Positions 24,609-36,235 are shown, numbered from the whole stretch's first letter. The stretch is 63,527 bases of DNA, filler included, from Reticulomyxa filosa (GCA_000512085.1; 17 parts of 17 records of this genome joined end to end with filler, not necessarily neighbours in it); one strand, 5' to 3'. A program made the numbers and translations. The notes: a model not told the origin generated them from the letters alone.

Positions 24609-27600
24609 ATGGAAGAGAAGTATTCTGAGGAGACTCGTGTTAATGAAGTGTCAGAAGTAAAAGGATCCAAAAAAGACACGAACGCAACAACAGAAAAGTT
24701 GATGCGATACTACAAATCACAAGACAAATTGGCTCCATTATTTGATGACCCTGGACAACCCATCGATAATTGTTACATTCGATTGGCTCTTTTGACTCAA
24801 CAGCAATTTCAAGGACAAAAAGATAAAATAACAAACAATGAGAAGGAAAATGAAAATTGGCAAAATTCATTGGATTATTCATTAATTTATGAAAATAAAA
24901 CAGAAACAATAGAAGTGCAAGACATTTGGAATGATGCAAAAGGATCAAACATTCGCCACATTAGTATTCGTGGAGAAGCTGGGAGTGGAAAGAGTGTATT
25001 ATCTCAAAGAATTGCATATTTATGGGGAAAACATCAAATGTGTAATGATCAATTTCAATGGTTGTTGCACATTCCTTTGAGAAAACTTGTGAATATTTTT
25101 GACAACAGTGGCGATGAAAATAAAGAAGATATTGAAAATCAATGGTTAAATGTTTTCAATGCATTGCGTATCCCACAATGGAATACACATGATACTAAAT
25201 ATATCATTAATTCAAAGAATGGATTGTTATTGTTGGATGGATTTGATGAAATTGCAAATGAAATTGACAAAAATACTGGTTTACAACAATGGCTGCAACA
25301 TTGCACTGCCAATGAAAATTATTTTGTGATAATGACAAGTCGTCCCAATGCAATGTACTCATGTCTAAATAATCCACGTATGTTAAATGTGATCGGATTC
25401 CAATCACAAGATATTCGAAATTATGTTTATGCTTATTTCAAAAATATTCAAATTGATGACAATAACAACAGTCAAGCAGATTTGTTGATAAAGAAATTGA
25501 ATGATAATCCAAGTTTGAAATTATTGAGTCACACACCTTTGTATTTACGCTTATTTTGTTATTTGACAAAACAAAATAAATCATTGGATAAAGATAAATT
25601 GGATAATATGTCTCTTTCGAAATTGTATGAAACATTATTAAAAAGTTATATGAAATGGAATTGGATGAAATCAAATGGAACAATATCCAAATTAAATGAA
25701 GAAATGGTGTTTACAATTTTTGAAATGGAGATAGATTATTTGTCACATCTTGCATGGGAAGGATTAAAATGTGGACAAGCTGTCATTTCTTGTGAAATAC
25801 AACAAAAAATATTACATATCATTAAAAATAAATATCCGCGCCAAGATATTTCAGTTATTTCTCAATGGTCTCGAATCCATTCATTTGGATTTTTACAAGG
25901 ACAAGAATCAATAGATCCATCACATCCAATGGACCCTGTGTATTTCCCTCATTTGACATTTCAAGAATGGCTTGCTGCTTATTATTTAGTCAATTGCTTG
26001 TATGAATCAAGTGAGTCAGACAATCATCAACAAGTATGTTCCATTTTAATCAATCAACAAATTACTCCAAAATATGCTGTGATGATTCCATTTATGGCTG
26101 GAATATTGTACAATAATATTGAAAATAAGAAAGATCCATCAGGATCTGGTTTATTGTATTTTTGGAAATTATTACATTCTTCACCACCTCAACCTGTTTC
26201 CATTCATCAAAAGATGTTACATATGCATTGTCTTGATGCTTGTAAAGCAGACACAGAAAGTCCATTCCTTCCATTGAAACTTCAAACCTGCCACAAAACA
26301 CTTGTTGATTCATTCAAATCATTGCTTATTACTTGGATTTATTTTTTTAAAAATGAGTATTATAGGTCTCAACCATTACACAATGTGATGAAGTTGCATT
26401 TATCCAATTTCCAACATCTTTTTAAGCATCCAGATATCCATTTATGTATCATTGACCAACTCAAGGAAATTCAAACACAATTGAATAGATTTGGGGTTCT
26501 GATACCTCTGGAAACTGAATTGGATACATTATATTATTATTTGTGTATTTCTACAGAAACTTCAAATATTGTTGTACAATGTTACCAAAAGACTGTTACG
26601 ATTGGGTATCGACTTTATATGGATTTATATTGTGAAATATTGGGAAGATTGAATGAAAGGCAATTGGATGATGTTTTAGAATTTTTAATGCATAGAATTA
26701 GCGACAAAGATAGAGGTACTCACAACAACTGTGCAGACTCACTTGCAAACATAGCATTGAACTTAAATGAAAGACAATTGAATAAAGTTTTCAAATTTTT
26801 AATGAATGCCTTTGACGATGGAAAAATTCAAATTTGTGATGAATGTGCACATACACTTGCAATGGTTTCATTGCAATTGGGAGGAAAACAGTTGGATAAT
26901 GTCTTCCAATATTTGATCAATAGGTTTCATGAATATTTTTATTATTTGGGTAATATTCAATTCATAATGAAATTGAAAGAAGAACAATTAGATCGTGTTT
27001 TTAAATGTTGGATTAACAGATTGCCTGATAAAAATAACTTTGAACGCCAGAGATGTGCAAATTTTCTTGAGACATTTTCAATGAAATGGAATGAAAAACA
27101 ATTGAATGATGCTTTTAATTCTTTAATGGATAGGTTAAATGATAAAAGTGAAAATGAGTATATGCATGAAGCATGTATAAGTCCACTTTTAACAATCGCA
27201 GTGAAATTGGGTAAAAAACAAACAAATGATGCTTTTAATTATTTGATGAATGGATTAAATAATGAAAATGAAGATGGATATTTACGTAAAGAATGTATAA
27301 GATCACTTTTAACAATTGCAGTGAAATTGGATGGAAAACAATTCGATGATACTTTTAATTATTTGATGAATGGATTTCAAAATCGAAAAAATTATATTTA
27401 CAAAGACCCATATTTACTTGAAATAATTGCAATGAAATTGAATGAAACACAAGTTGATGCTATCTTTACGTGTTTGATCAATGGATTCAAAGATAACAAT
27501 GAAAATATTCGTGTTTTCTGTGCACAATCTATTGGACATCTCACAACAAAATTAAATGAAAGACATTTGAGTGATGCTTTCCAACACTTGATCAATGGAT

Positions 27601-27935
27601 TAAAAGATAATAATCTACTTACTCGTCGATCATGTGCAGATGCACTTGGTGATATTTCAGTGAAATTAAATGAAAGTCAATTGGAGAAGGTCTTCAACTC
27701 TTTAATAGACCTTTTGAATCATTTAATAGACCTTTTGAATCAAGAGAATTGCTACAGTTATTTGCGTGCACTTCACAAAATATCTGTGAAATTAAATGAC
27801 AAACAATTGTATTTATTGACGAAATCTGTTTTGAAAAGAGAAAAAAAGGGAAATGTGCGCGATGGATCACTGACAATATCTGAAGATATGTGGAGACGTG
27901 CAACGGTTTATCTATTGAAAAAAAGTTTAGATTGA
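24609..27935 (+). CDS. NACHT (STAND) NTPase with C-terminal HEAT/ARM-like repeats
   Basis: Walker A GEAGSGKS, Walker B LLLLDGFDE, sensor-1 VIMTSRP, HTPLYL and winged-helix YFPHLTFQEWLAAYY. These are followed by about 40-aa helical repeats (KLNExQLDxxFxxLxNGLxDxxExxRxxCAxxL). Confidence 0.92.
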   Translation: MEEKYSEETRVNEVSEVKGSKKDTNATTEKLMRYYKSQDKLAPLFDDPGQPIDNCYIRLALLTQQQFQGQKDKITNNEKENENWQNSLDYSLIYENKTETIEVQDIWNDAKGSNIRHISIRGEAGSGKSVLSQRIAYLWGKHQMCNDQFQWLLHIPLRKLVNIFDNSGDENKEDIENQWLNVFNALRIPQWNTHDTKYIINSKNGLLLLDGFDEIANEIDKNTGLQQWLQHCTANENYFVIMTSRPNAMYSCLNNPRMLNVIGFQSQDIRNYVYAYFKNIQIDDNNNSQADLLIKKLNDNPSLKLLSHTPLYLRLFCYLTKQNKSLDKDKLDNMSLSKLYETLLKSYMKWNWMKSNGTISKLNEEMVFTIFEMEIDYLSHLAWEGLKCGQAVISCEIQQKILHIIKNKYPRQDISVISQWSRIHSFGFLQGQESIDPSHPMDPVYFPHLTFQEWLAAYYLVNCLYESSESDNHQQVCSILINQQITPKYAVMIPFMAGILYNNIENKKDPSGSGLLYFWKLLHSSPPQPVSIHQKMLHMHCLDACKADTESPFLPLKLQTCHKTLVDSFKSLLITWIYFFKNEYYRSQPLHNVMKLHLSNFQHLFKHPDIHLCIIDQLKEIQTQLNRFGVLIPLETELDTLYYYLCISTETSNIVVQCYQKTVTIGYRLYMDLYCEILGRLNERQLDDVLEFLMHRISDKDRGTHNNCADSLANIALNLNERQLNKVFKFLMNAFDDGKIQICDECAHTLAMVSLQLGGKQLDNVFQYLINRFHEYFYYLGNIQFIMKLKEEQLDRVFKCWINRLPDKNNFERQRCANFLETFSMKWNEKQLNDAFNSLMDRLNDKSENEYMHEACISPLLTIAVKLGKKQTNDAFNYLMNGLNNENEDGYLRKECIRSLLTIAVKLDGKQFDDTFNYLMNGFQNRKNYIYKDPYLLEIIAMKLNETQVDAIFTCLINGFKDNNENIRVFCAQSIGHLTTKLNERHLSDAFQHLINGLKDNNLLTRRSCADALGDISVKLNESQLEKVFNSLIDLLNHLIDLLNQENCYSYLRALHKISVKLNDKQLYLLTKSVLKREKKGNVRDGSLTISEDMWRRATVYLLKKSLD

Positions 27936-28004
27936 AAATGATAAAAGAAAATGAGAACAGATTGGTGAATAAAGAATATCAAGATAATTCTATTTGGAAA
28001 AAAG

Positions 28005-29220
28005 TTGTTTGGGAACAAGAGAGATACGAGAAAAGAAACGAAAGCAGAGAATAAGGAAATGAAATTATTTGCATTTGGTTTATTAGAGTATCATCCTCGT
28101 ATTCAATTGAATTGTAATGATGACAATATCACTTTGGATGCATTGAAAGAATTAACAGATTATTGCAATGAACAAGCCAGTAAACGGGGTTATTCATATC
28201 ATCAACTAAAATGGGATCATGGTAATGAAGATATTGCATATCCATGTTTTAATAATGATATTTTACAGTTTTCAAATGATGAAAGTTTATACAAAGGCCG
28301 TTATACTGTTCTTCATGAAGCAGCACGATCAGGGGACTTATCACAATTGAAACTTGTATTGCAGAATGACCCTTATCTTGACATAAATAATTCATGTAAT
28401 GAACATCGACAAACCCCATTGCATTTGGCAATCAAAAATAAACATTGGGATGTTGCACGATATTGCATAGAAAAAGGAGCATGGATTGATGTCAGAGAAG
28501 GTGCTGTCAATGCTTCCATTTTTCGAACTCCTTTTGAAAATCTCATGGAACTGATTATGAAATACAAAAATGACAAGAGTAATAAAGAGTATTTAGATGC
28601 AATGAATATATGCAAATGGATATTAAAACAACGAACCATATATCCAATGAAGAGAATTGAATATGCAATTGATTATGTAAAAGACAAACTGGTTGATGAA
28701 GAGGGAATCATTAAATCCATTGATGAAGAGAGTTATGAAACATTATTGCAAGAAGGTGCAACTTTCTTATTGGGATTGAATCAGAAAGATTTAAAAGAGA
28801 CAGTAATTAAAAGTAATTTATTATATTGGGCAGCAAGTAGAAATGTAAAAATCATAGTAGCTGAAAATGCAAATAAAAAAAGATTTGATGAAGGATGGTA
28901 TCCATTACCATTTCTAATCACTCGAATATTTTTATTATTTGAAATATGTGTCCGATTGAAACGAGAAAGAAGAGGTTTCATTGGATTACCAAAAGGCACA
29001 ACATTTGAACAAGTATATGAAAAAGGAATGAAAGAATTGCAAGTGCAATTGACAACGTATTGGGATTACATTATCACTGACGAATTTAAACACAAATGTC
29101 CAGATTTGATTGAAGATTGGAGTTGCAATGTGGTGGATCGTTTGATGAATATGAAAACAATATCACCGAATAAATATAATGAAATGAGTTTGGTGGTTGG
29201 TCATAAAGATCATTGTATTT
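28005..29220 (+). CDS. Ankyrin-repeat-containing region, probably the continuation of the NACHT-HEAT gene (truncated by contig end)
   Basis: TVLHEAARSGDL and QTPLHLAIKNKHWDVARYCIEKGA ankyrin repeats. It lies only 69 nt downstream of the NACHT ORF on the same strand, with A-runs in the gap. Confidence 0.75.
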
Positions 29221-29320
29221 NNNNNNNNNNNNNNNNNNNNNNNNNNNNNNNNNNNNNNNNNNNNTTAATTAATTAANNNNNNNNNNNNNNNNNNNNNNNN
29301 NNNNNNNNNNNNNNNNNNNN

Positions 29321-30253
29321 GTATATATGTAAACAAACCAATTGAAATTGATCGGAACGAATACTTTGGTCCAACATTTGCACCGTTCGTTTGACATTTT
29401 TGCTGCAACGATTGGCGGAAGAACAGCTGAGGACATCTTCGGATGGGATGACATACAAGTCACAATTGGCAACGCGCACGCCGCGCATATACTCTTGCGA
29501 AATGTCCACTTTGCACTTGCCGTGGGTCGTCACCAACGTCAGCGAGTTCTCCGAGGCTGTCATCGGCTGATATCGAAACGGATTGTGTGAATCCAGCAAC
29601 AGCAAATAATCACTCATCCCGACAAATGGATGAATGCTGGTGGGCGGAAGGGACGACTCGTTCCGAGAAAGTTCCTTGGAATTTTCGTACTTCTGGGAAC
29701 AATACTTGTAATATTCTTCTAGCACGCTCGCTGGTTTATTGACTTGTGTCGATTGCGTCTCCTCTTTTTTTCTGTTTCTTTTTCCTTTTTTTCTTGTTCC
29801 GGGTTCTTTTCGTCTATTGTCTCTGCTGTCTTCGCCTTGCTCTTTCGCTTGGTGCTGCAATTTAACGATGAAAATGACGATTGCAAATCCTTCGTTGACG
29901 TCAAAAAGAAGCTGCAAACATTTGTATTTTAATTTTTTTTTTTATCTTTTCAAAAAATTTAGAAAGCCAAGTTTGGAATAATCGCCAAAAGGTATCCACA
30001 AAAACAAATACATAAAAAAAAAATTAAAAAAACTTGACATGTCGCCCATGTCAATGATATATCCGTGGGGTGGAAGACTCGCCATTTTACACTGCTCTGG
30101 TGTGAACAGCGCGGGGAGGCCTGCACGAGTGTCCAAAAAGATACATGGGGTTTGCAACGACTTTCCGCGTGAGTCCAACTGACCGCTGCGGGCAGTACTA
30201 TTACGCGCAGAATGTAAAAGTGTGAACGAAAATGTCATTGATAATTCCGTCAT
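29321..30253 (-). CDS. QTRT2: Queuine tRNA-ribosyltransferase accessory subunit (QTRT2/QTRTD1)-like, 5' part
   Basis: ARSGQL...LQTPCIFLDTRAGLP, IHPFVGM..YLLLLDSHNP, SLTLVTTHGK and RCSKNVKRTVQMLDQSI follow the QTRT2 N-terminal pattern. Intron at about 30030-29930. Confidence 0.75.
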
Positions 30254-30434
30254 GTTTCGCTCGTCAGAAATCTATCATGACAATTTTTTTTTTAAAGTTA
30301 CCCCTTACTTTGTTGTAAAACTGTGCTTGCATCAGCAAGAGAAAATGTTTCATTTGCGTTGATAAAAAAAGGTATGTTGTTACTGCTGGACCATGTCAAA
30401 TAGAAAAAAGATAGAACGTTGTAATTTTTTTTGT

Positions 30435-32902
30435 TTAAGCAAAAGGAAAGGAAAATAAGCAGGAGAAGAGAGCGCCAATAAATGTGAAGTACGCAAAGCA
30501 ATGTTTAAAAAAGAGCGTTCTTTTTATAACAAAACTATTATTACAACTAAAAAAAAATTTGTCATTTGTTTTTTGAGAAGCACTCAATTTTTTCACCTTT
30601 TGTTTTGCTTGCACAGTTTCATCATACCACTCCCCTAGCACTATGTTGCACACCTTCCACGAGTCTTCATAATATTTACAAGCAGCATCACCTTGGCCGT
30701 TTAATTCAAATGCCAAAGCCAGATTCCAATACGAATCGCCAACATCTTTGTTTTCATTTCCAAAAATTTCCTTTCTTATCTGCAATGATTTTGTATGATA
30801 TTCGATGGATTTGTTATATTCCCTTAGATTCAAGTGAGCATTTCCTAAGGCATTGTACGAATTGGCGACACTTTCGTCATTGCTGTTCAGTATTCCCAAT
30901 CGAATTATCAGAGCCTGTTCATCGCATTTCACACATTTGTTATAATCTCCCTTATGATAATAAGTGAGTCCAAGGTTGTAGTACAGCTGTGCAACAAAAG
31001 TGCAATTGACTCCAAAAATATTTGAAAGGATTTCCAAAGACTTTTCAAATGACTGTATGGCCTTTTTGAATTGTCTGTTGTCGTCATAAGCAAGTCCGAG
31101 CAAATTGTACGAAATGCCAACATAATGATGACGAGTCCCAAAAAGGTCGATGCAAAGTTGCAAATGTGTTTGCAAGTGCGGAATGGCCTCATTGAAGAGC
31201 TTTTTTTCTGAGCACTGTTCTGCTTTGTCCTCAGGGTCTTGAAGTTGTAGTGGAATATCATGATGTGTTTTGGTATCCCATTGGATTGGAGGTGTCATTA
31301 CATGTATCAATTGCTGATCGACAATGGCATTTTTTGTCATAAACAGCTGTGTGGTAATGGCCACACTGCCTTTGCATCGCACTTCGCAATCAATCGCATA
31401 CACATTGCCATCAATAGTCACCTCATCCAATATCACCACTTTGCCTTTAATCACATACATCAAATATATCGAAAAGTTCTTTTTTTCAATGCTTTTATCA
31501 TTGGATAACTTTTGAAAAAAGGAAGTATTATTACTTTGTGTTAAATTCACCTTTGCTTTATTCTTTCTCTCAAACGTGTTCATCACCACAATGATTAGTG
31601 CTTGCTCTTTTTGCTTCAGCGTCTGCTCAACCAGTTTTGCTGCCTCCACATTTGCTTTCCTCCATTTTCGATTCCAATGTTTCTTAAAATCCAAAGGCTC
31701 CGAATTTCTTCTTCATTTCTTCATTTCCCAATCGTTTTATTTCTGCTTTGCCATGATTTTCACCATTTTGGATCTTCCATTGTGATGGCATGAAATACAC
31801 ATTCGAATGAATGTTGGAAATGTCTTGGTTCCATTTCTCTCTTCCTTTCACATGATCACCCACAACCACTCCAATCACTTGTTCGATAATGAAAGACAAG
31901 CCTTTCATTCCATTGGCTTGAATGGTTTGACAAAATACATTTGTGAAATGACTCCCTCCATTTTTTTCAAATGCACTTGTTGCATTATTATCTGCATTGA
32001 CAATGACCGAATTCGATGGGATATTGAAGACATTGGCATAAATAGTAAATATATCCACATGATGATTGTACCAGACCTTGCTAAAGATGCCACTATTATC
32101 TTCAAATGACCCAGTATTCTCATGTTCATAACATGCAATTTTTAGGAATATCTTTGGCTTGCCCATAAAATATTCCATTTGTTTTACAAATGTGTTTTGA
32201 ATAGCTTTGAAATCTTTGGTATTGCTATCACTCATTAGCAGCATGTCCTCTTCATTTAATTTAAATCTCCCATGACCACACCACACAAATATCAGTCCAT
32301 CATATCTTTGATTATTGCTCTTGTCAGCCAAATTGGCGCAATGAATGGAAATGAAAGTGTTCAAATCTTTCAATGTCAACCACTCTGAATTTGAATCGTT
32401 TGGATTGTATGTGCTAAACACTTGATATCCAAATTTCGTTTCAAACAGTGTTTGCAATAAATTCAGATCTTCCTTTGCTTTTTCCAAATATTGTCGTCGC
32501 TCATATTTCATTGCTCCTGTCAATAACACCAACGGGTTTTTTACTTCATAACATATCATTGCTTCTTTATTGTTAATTGCTTCGCTTTCCTCTACTTATC
32601 ACGTTTTTTTTGGAAGTTTTAAATCAACTATTTGCAAGGGGAACAAAAAGAATACTTAAAAAAAAAACAAAAAAACTCGATTTAAGATGGAAAACGACCA
32701 CGGTATCTGCAAATGCGTCAATTACGTCTTTATCAGTTTCAATAATACCACCATTTCCACTTTTAATCACTAGCAAGCTGTCGCTAACGTGTGTTGATTG
32801 AATGGCTTGAGTGATTTGTTGTTTCAGATTGCTGAATGTTAGCTCCTGCAACAACAGTGTATACATATTTAATCCATCATTAAGATATGCTTTAAACGAC
32901 AT
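30435..32902 (-). CDS. Caspase-like (peptidase C14) protein with N-terminal PB1/CIDE-N-like module and C-terminal TPR repeats
   Basis: Caspase core DLxxLxxLFxxxFGY, YDGLIFVWCGHG (His) and GKPKIFLKIAC (Cys). Kinesin-light-chain-type TPRs (VAQLYYNLGLTYY, VANSYNALGNAH, VGDSYWNLALAF). The three ORF pieces are joined by introns and one apparent frameshift near 31700. Confidence 0.8.
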
Positions 32903-33289
32903 TTTCCAAATTATTATCTATTCGAAATTTCGACGAGAATTTTTACTTTTCAAACTCCTAGAACAACTTATTAAAAAATTTCTTAATCTAAACTGCAAGT
33001 ATAACACGAAATATCAATAACACTTTTTAATTGTAGGATCGACAATTGCAAATATTCGACCAACACAACATTTAATAACGTCATTTATATACATACATGT
33101 ATAACCAATTACATTTTCAGTACTACAGCCAGATATTTGATGAAATTGAAAAATATTTTTATTTTCGTCATATTTATTGATAATGTTTTATCTACACAAA
33201 AATTTTACTTTTAAAGGGATAATTTTTTCATGTACTTCCCACTTTAAACTGTTCGTAGTTCTTCAACATTAACATCCAAATCGTATTAA

Positions 33290-33830
33290 ATTAGATGGTC
33301 ACTGTAGTAAAACTGGTAAATAACAACAAAGACTACAATCAAATCACTTTGCGTATTGGTGGATACCTTTTCAGCTAAATATACATTTGTGATGAAATAT
33401 GTAAGTGTTTGGATTGATGTATTAAATAAATCAAATGAATTTAACAATTACAATAAGTGGGTCCCTTTCACAGACAATCAAAATCATACAATTATTATTG
33501 GAAGAGATTGAGGTAATTATGATGGAGTGAATGCAGTGATTGGTGGAAGCAACAAAATTTGTTATTTATCACTTTTTTTCTTAATAATAGTGTGTTTAAT
33601 TTAAATACATTTCAATTTATTAAACATGATATTCTAAAAATTAGTTGTGGAATTCTTTATCATTGCTTTTTATCAAATGTACAAGAACAAGAAATGATAT
33701 AAAAAAAACAAAATTATCAAATGCTTTTGTTTAAAGAGAATACAGTATTATCAATGAATACGATGAATATAACAACGATTTTCAATATCACGAACTATCT
33801 GTTTGTGATGATACATTATGTTGCAAAGAA
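33290..33830 (+). pseudogene. Kelch/beta-propeller family pseudogene relic
   Basis: Broken reading frames contain ITLRIGG, NKWVPFTDNQNHTIIIGR, NAVIGGSN and VFNLNTFQFIKHD. Confidence 0.5.
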
Positions 33831-34475
33831 AACTGAAAGCATAAAACGATATCTTATGATGATAATTTATTTTCTCAATGAAAAATAAAGATTTAAACTT
33901 AATTTTTTTAAAAAATATCTACAATATTGTAGTTTTATTTTTTATTATTATTTTTATTACTGTCCTTTTTGTTGTGATATATTTAATTGTTTTTGATATT
34001 TTTCATTTTGAATTTATGGTATAATTTGTCATTTTGAAATGGCGAAGCATATTAACCTTTTCATGAAAGGAGTTGCTGTTTGTATGTTAATTGATTGATT
34101 TATCATCAGATCAGTTGATATAAAATTCAGTGTTAGTTCTGCATCTGTAATACTGTGTAGTACCCTTTATCATGATAAAGGAATTGTAACTATAAAGACT
34201 GGATCCTGAATGTCTGAAAAAATTATTGTGCATACTCAGCGTAAAATTGTTAGGTGGATTGTTTCTGGAAATTTTGAAACATCAAAAGATGCAAAAAAGG
34301 AATTAGATAATGATAATGAAACTAAAGTTTCGTATGNNNNNNNNNNNNNNNNNNNNNNNNNNNNNNNNNNNNNNNNNNNNTTAATTAATTAANNNNNNNN
34401 NNNNNNNNNNNNNNNNNNNNNNNNNNNNNNNNNNNNTAATTGGGAGCTGAAGTTATGAGTTTCGAAAGAAGTCTA

Positions 34476-34589
34476 TTATACTTCCTAGATCTGGATGGGC
34501 ATAAGTTGGAGATCCATGTCGGTGATTATAAAAGTAGGGTAAAGCATTTCAAAAAACATCCACCAAAAAATTTAGAAGTATATGTTTAG
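34476..34589 (+). CDS. VOC-family fosfomycin-resistance (FosA/FosX-like) protein, 3' fragment (bacterial contig)
   Basis: LYFLDLDGHKLEIHVGDYKSRVKHFKKHP resembles the FosA C-terminus YFLDPDGHKLELHVGSLxxRL. Confidence 0.6.
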   Translation, partial: LYFLDLDGHKLEIHVGDYKSRVKHFKKHPPKNLEVYV

Positions 34590-34636
34590 CTAAAGAATAA
34601 AATATTATAGGTAATGGATTTGAAACCTAAATAGAA

Positions 34637-35110
34637 TTAGCGGGCAGAAACTTCGCAAATTGATTGTAATAGCTCATAAACAGGCTGCCATTCCTTTGCT
34701 TCTAATACCTCTAGTTTTGTACTGTAGTCTTGATATTTGTTTCTTTCTTCAGCAGTTGCAGCTGTGGAAGTAGAAACATAATAATGCCCTCCATCTTCAG
34801 CTTCTACACCCTTGAATTTTTTATCCAGTTCAGTAAATCTAGCTAAATCGACTTCTTTAGCGATTTTAACACGAAGTGCAGGGATCATCTCTACTCTAAA
34901 TTCTTCTGCCCAAACTTTTAATGCGTCGCTATTGCATCTGGCAAGAGCTGTTTGAGCCGAATAGTATTTAAAACTTGTATCTATGTTTGCTTTATCTGAA
35001 AGCTCTTTATTAGAGAGCCTCTCTTCTTGGAAATTTAAGCATACTTTTTCTTTAAGTTCGGCATCTTTTAAGATGCGCTGAAATTTGTTTAATAATGAAT
35101 TTGAAGACAT
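34637..35110 (-). CDS. Hypothetical protein (bacterial contig)
   Basis: 157-aa intronless ORF in a gene-dense contig. Confidence 0.6.
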   Translation of the reverse strand: MSSNSLLNKFQRILKDAELKEKVCLNFQEERLSNKELSDKANIDTSFKYYSAQTALARCNSDALKVWAEEFRVEMIPALRVKIAKEVDLARFTELDKKFKGVEAEDGGHYYVSTSTAATAEERNKYQDYSTKLEVLEAKEWQPVYELLQSICEVSAR

Positions 35111-35207
35111 TGCCGCGCTGATATTTAATAATTTTTGTATTATATAGATTAATTTTGGAAAAGTAAAGTAATCGCTCTTATAAATGAGTTTTAAATTCTG
35201 AATTATG

Positions 35208-35774
35208 TTAATTCTTTAAAGCCTGATTTAAGCTTTCAATAGCCATATTTATATATTGATTTTGTACCCTTAAAGATTTATTTCTGATATGCAAGTTATC
35301 TAAGGTAATAACTAATATTGAGCTTCTGATAAACTCAGCGATTAATTCAGGATTGTACTTATCGGTGATCAGACGGTTTTTCTGCATTATGGTAATATGC
35401 TGGATCCAATTGCTAAAATAGGAATTCTTATCGATTGTGTGTTGAAAGTTATCTTCAAGCATTTGCCATTTTATCATCTTAGCGATATTCGGATTAGATC
35501 TGTATAAATTAACTCTTGCATTGATAATATGGACTAAAAAGCTTCTTAGATTTTTAAAGCTATATTTTTTATTTGGAAGCGAAAGAAGGTTTCTAAAAGA
35601 ATCTTTTGTAGCATGCCACAATTGCTCTTTATCGTCGAAGTAATGGTAGATTAAACTTTTATTAATCTTCGCTTTTGCAGCGATGTCGCTTATGGAAGTG
35701 CCTTCAAAGCCTCGGTTAGCAAATAAGGAAATCGCGGTACTTAGGATTTTTTCACGTGTTGTTTTATTCTTCAT
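35208..35774 (-). CDS. TetR/AcrR family transcriptional regulator
   Basis: TREKILSTAISLFANRGFEGTSISDIAAKAKINKSLIYHYFDDKEQL is a canonical TetR HTH. Confidence 0.93.
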   Translation of the reverse strand: MKNKTTREKILSTAISLFANRGFEGTSISDIAAKAKINKSLIYHYFDDKEQLWHATKDSFRNLLSLPNKKYSFKNLRSFLVHIINARVNLYRSNPNIAKMIKWQMLEDNFQHTIDKNSYFSNWIQHITIMQKNRLITDKYNPELIAEFIRSSILVITLDNLHIRNKSLRVQNQYINMAIESLNQALKN

Positions 35775-35783
35775 ATAGAATTG

Positions 35784-35801
35784 ATTGAACGATCATTCAA
35801 T
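35784..35801. promoter_or_regulatory. Putative TetR operator, palindrome ATTGAACGATCATTCAAT
   Basis: 16/18 palindrome about 10 nt upstream of the tetR start, in the short divergent intergenic region. Confidence 0.55.
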
Positions 35802-35842
35802 TAAGTTTATAGTATTATTCTCAATCATAATCAATAACAATT

Positions 35843-36228
35843 ATGCGAGTAGAAGAAGTCTTAAATGGCGAGGCCCAAGGGATAAGAACTGAGAGAGGAT
35901 ATGTTCGTAAAGGAACAATTGCTACCGCTATGTTAAATAGCGTTGAATATAACAAACGTTTAAGTGATGGAGAAATAGATAAGCTCTTGAAATAATAATC
36001 GATCATCTAAAATTATTGGTAGAGCCATTATATAGAGCTGGTATATTTGAATTTTTTAAACCTATTGATTGGCTTGAAAATAATAATGAAGGAAAAGTAA
36101 TTATCTGGTTACTATTCCTAGAAAATTATCCATCATATACTACCAAAGAGTTAAAGTTAAAATTACGAATAATTAGAAATTCTTTATCAGGAAATGCTCA
36201 GAGATTTATCGATAAACTAATTTTATAG
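35843..36228 (+). pseudogene. Frameshifted hypothetical protein, divergent from tetR
   Basis: MRVEEVLNGE...GYVRKGTIATAMLN is stopped near 35995 and continues in another frame as VEPLYRAGIFEFFKPIDW. May be a sequencing error. Confidence 0.45.
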
Positions 36229-36235
36229 GTTATTT

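Noticed and set aside
24526-34336. NACHT gene next to caspase-TPR gene as a physically linked immune locus
   Set aside because: They lie on different contigs separated by the spacer at 29221-29320, so the proximity is an artefact.
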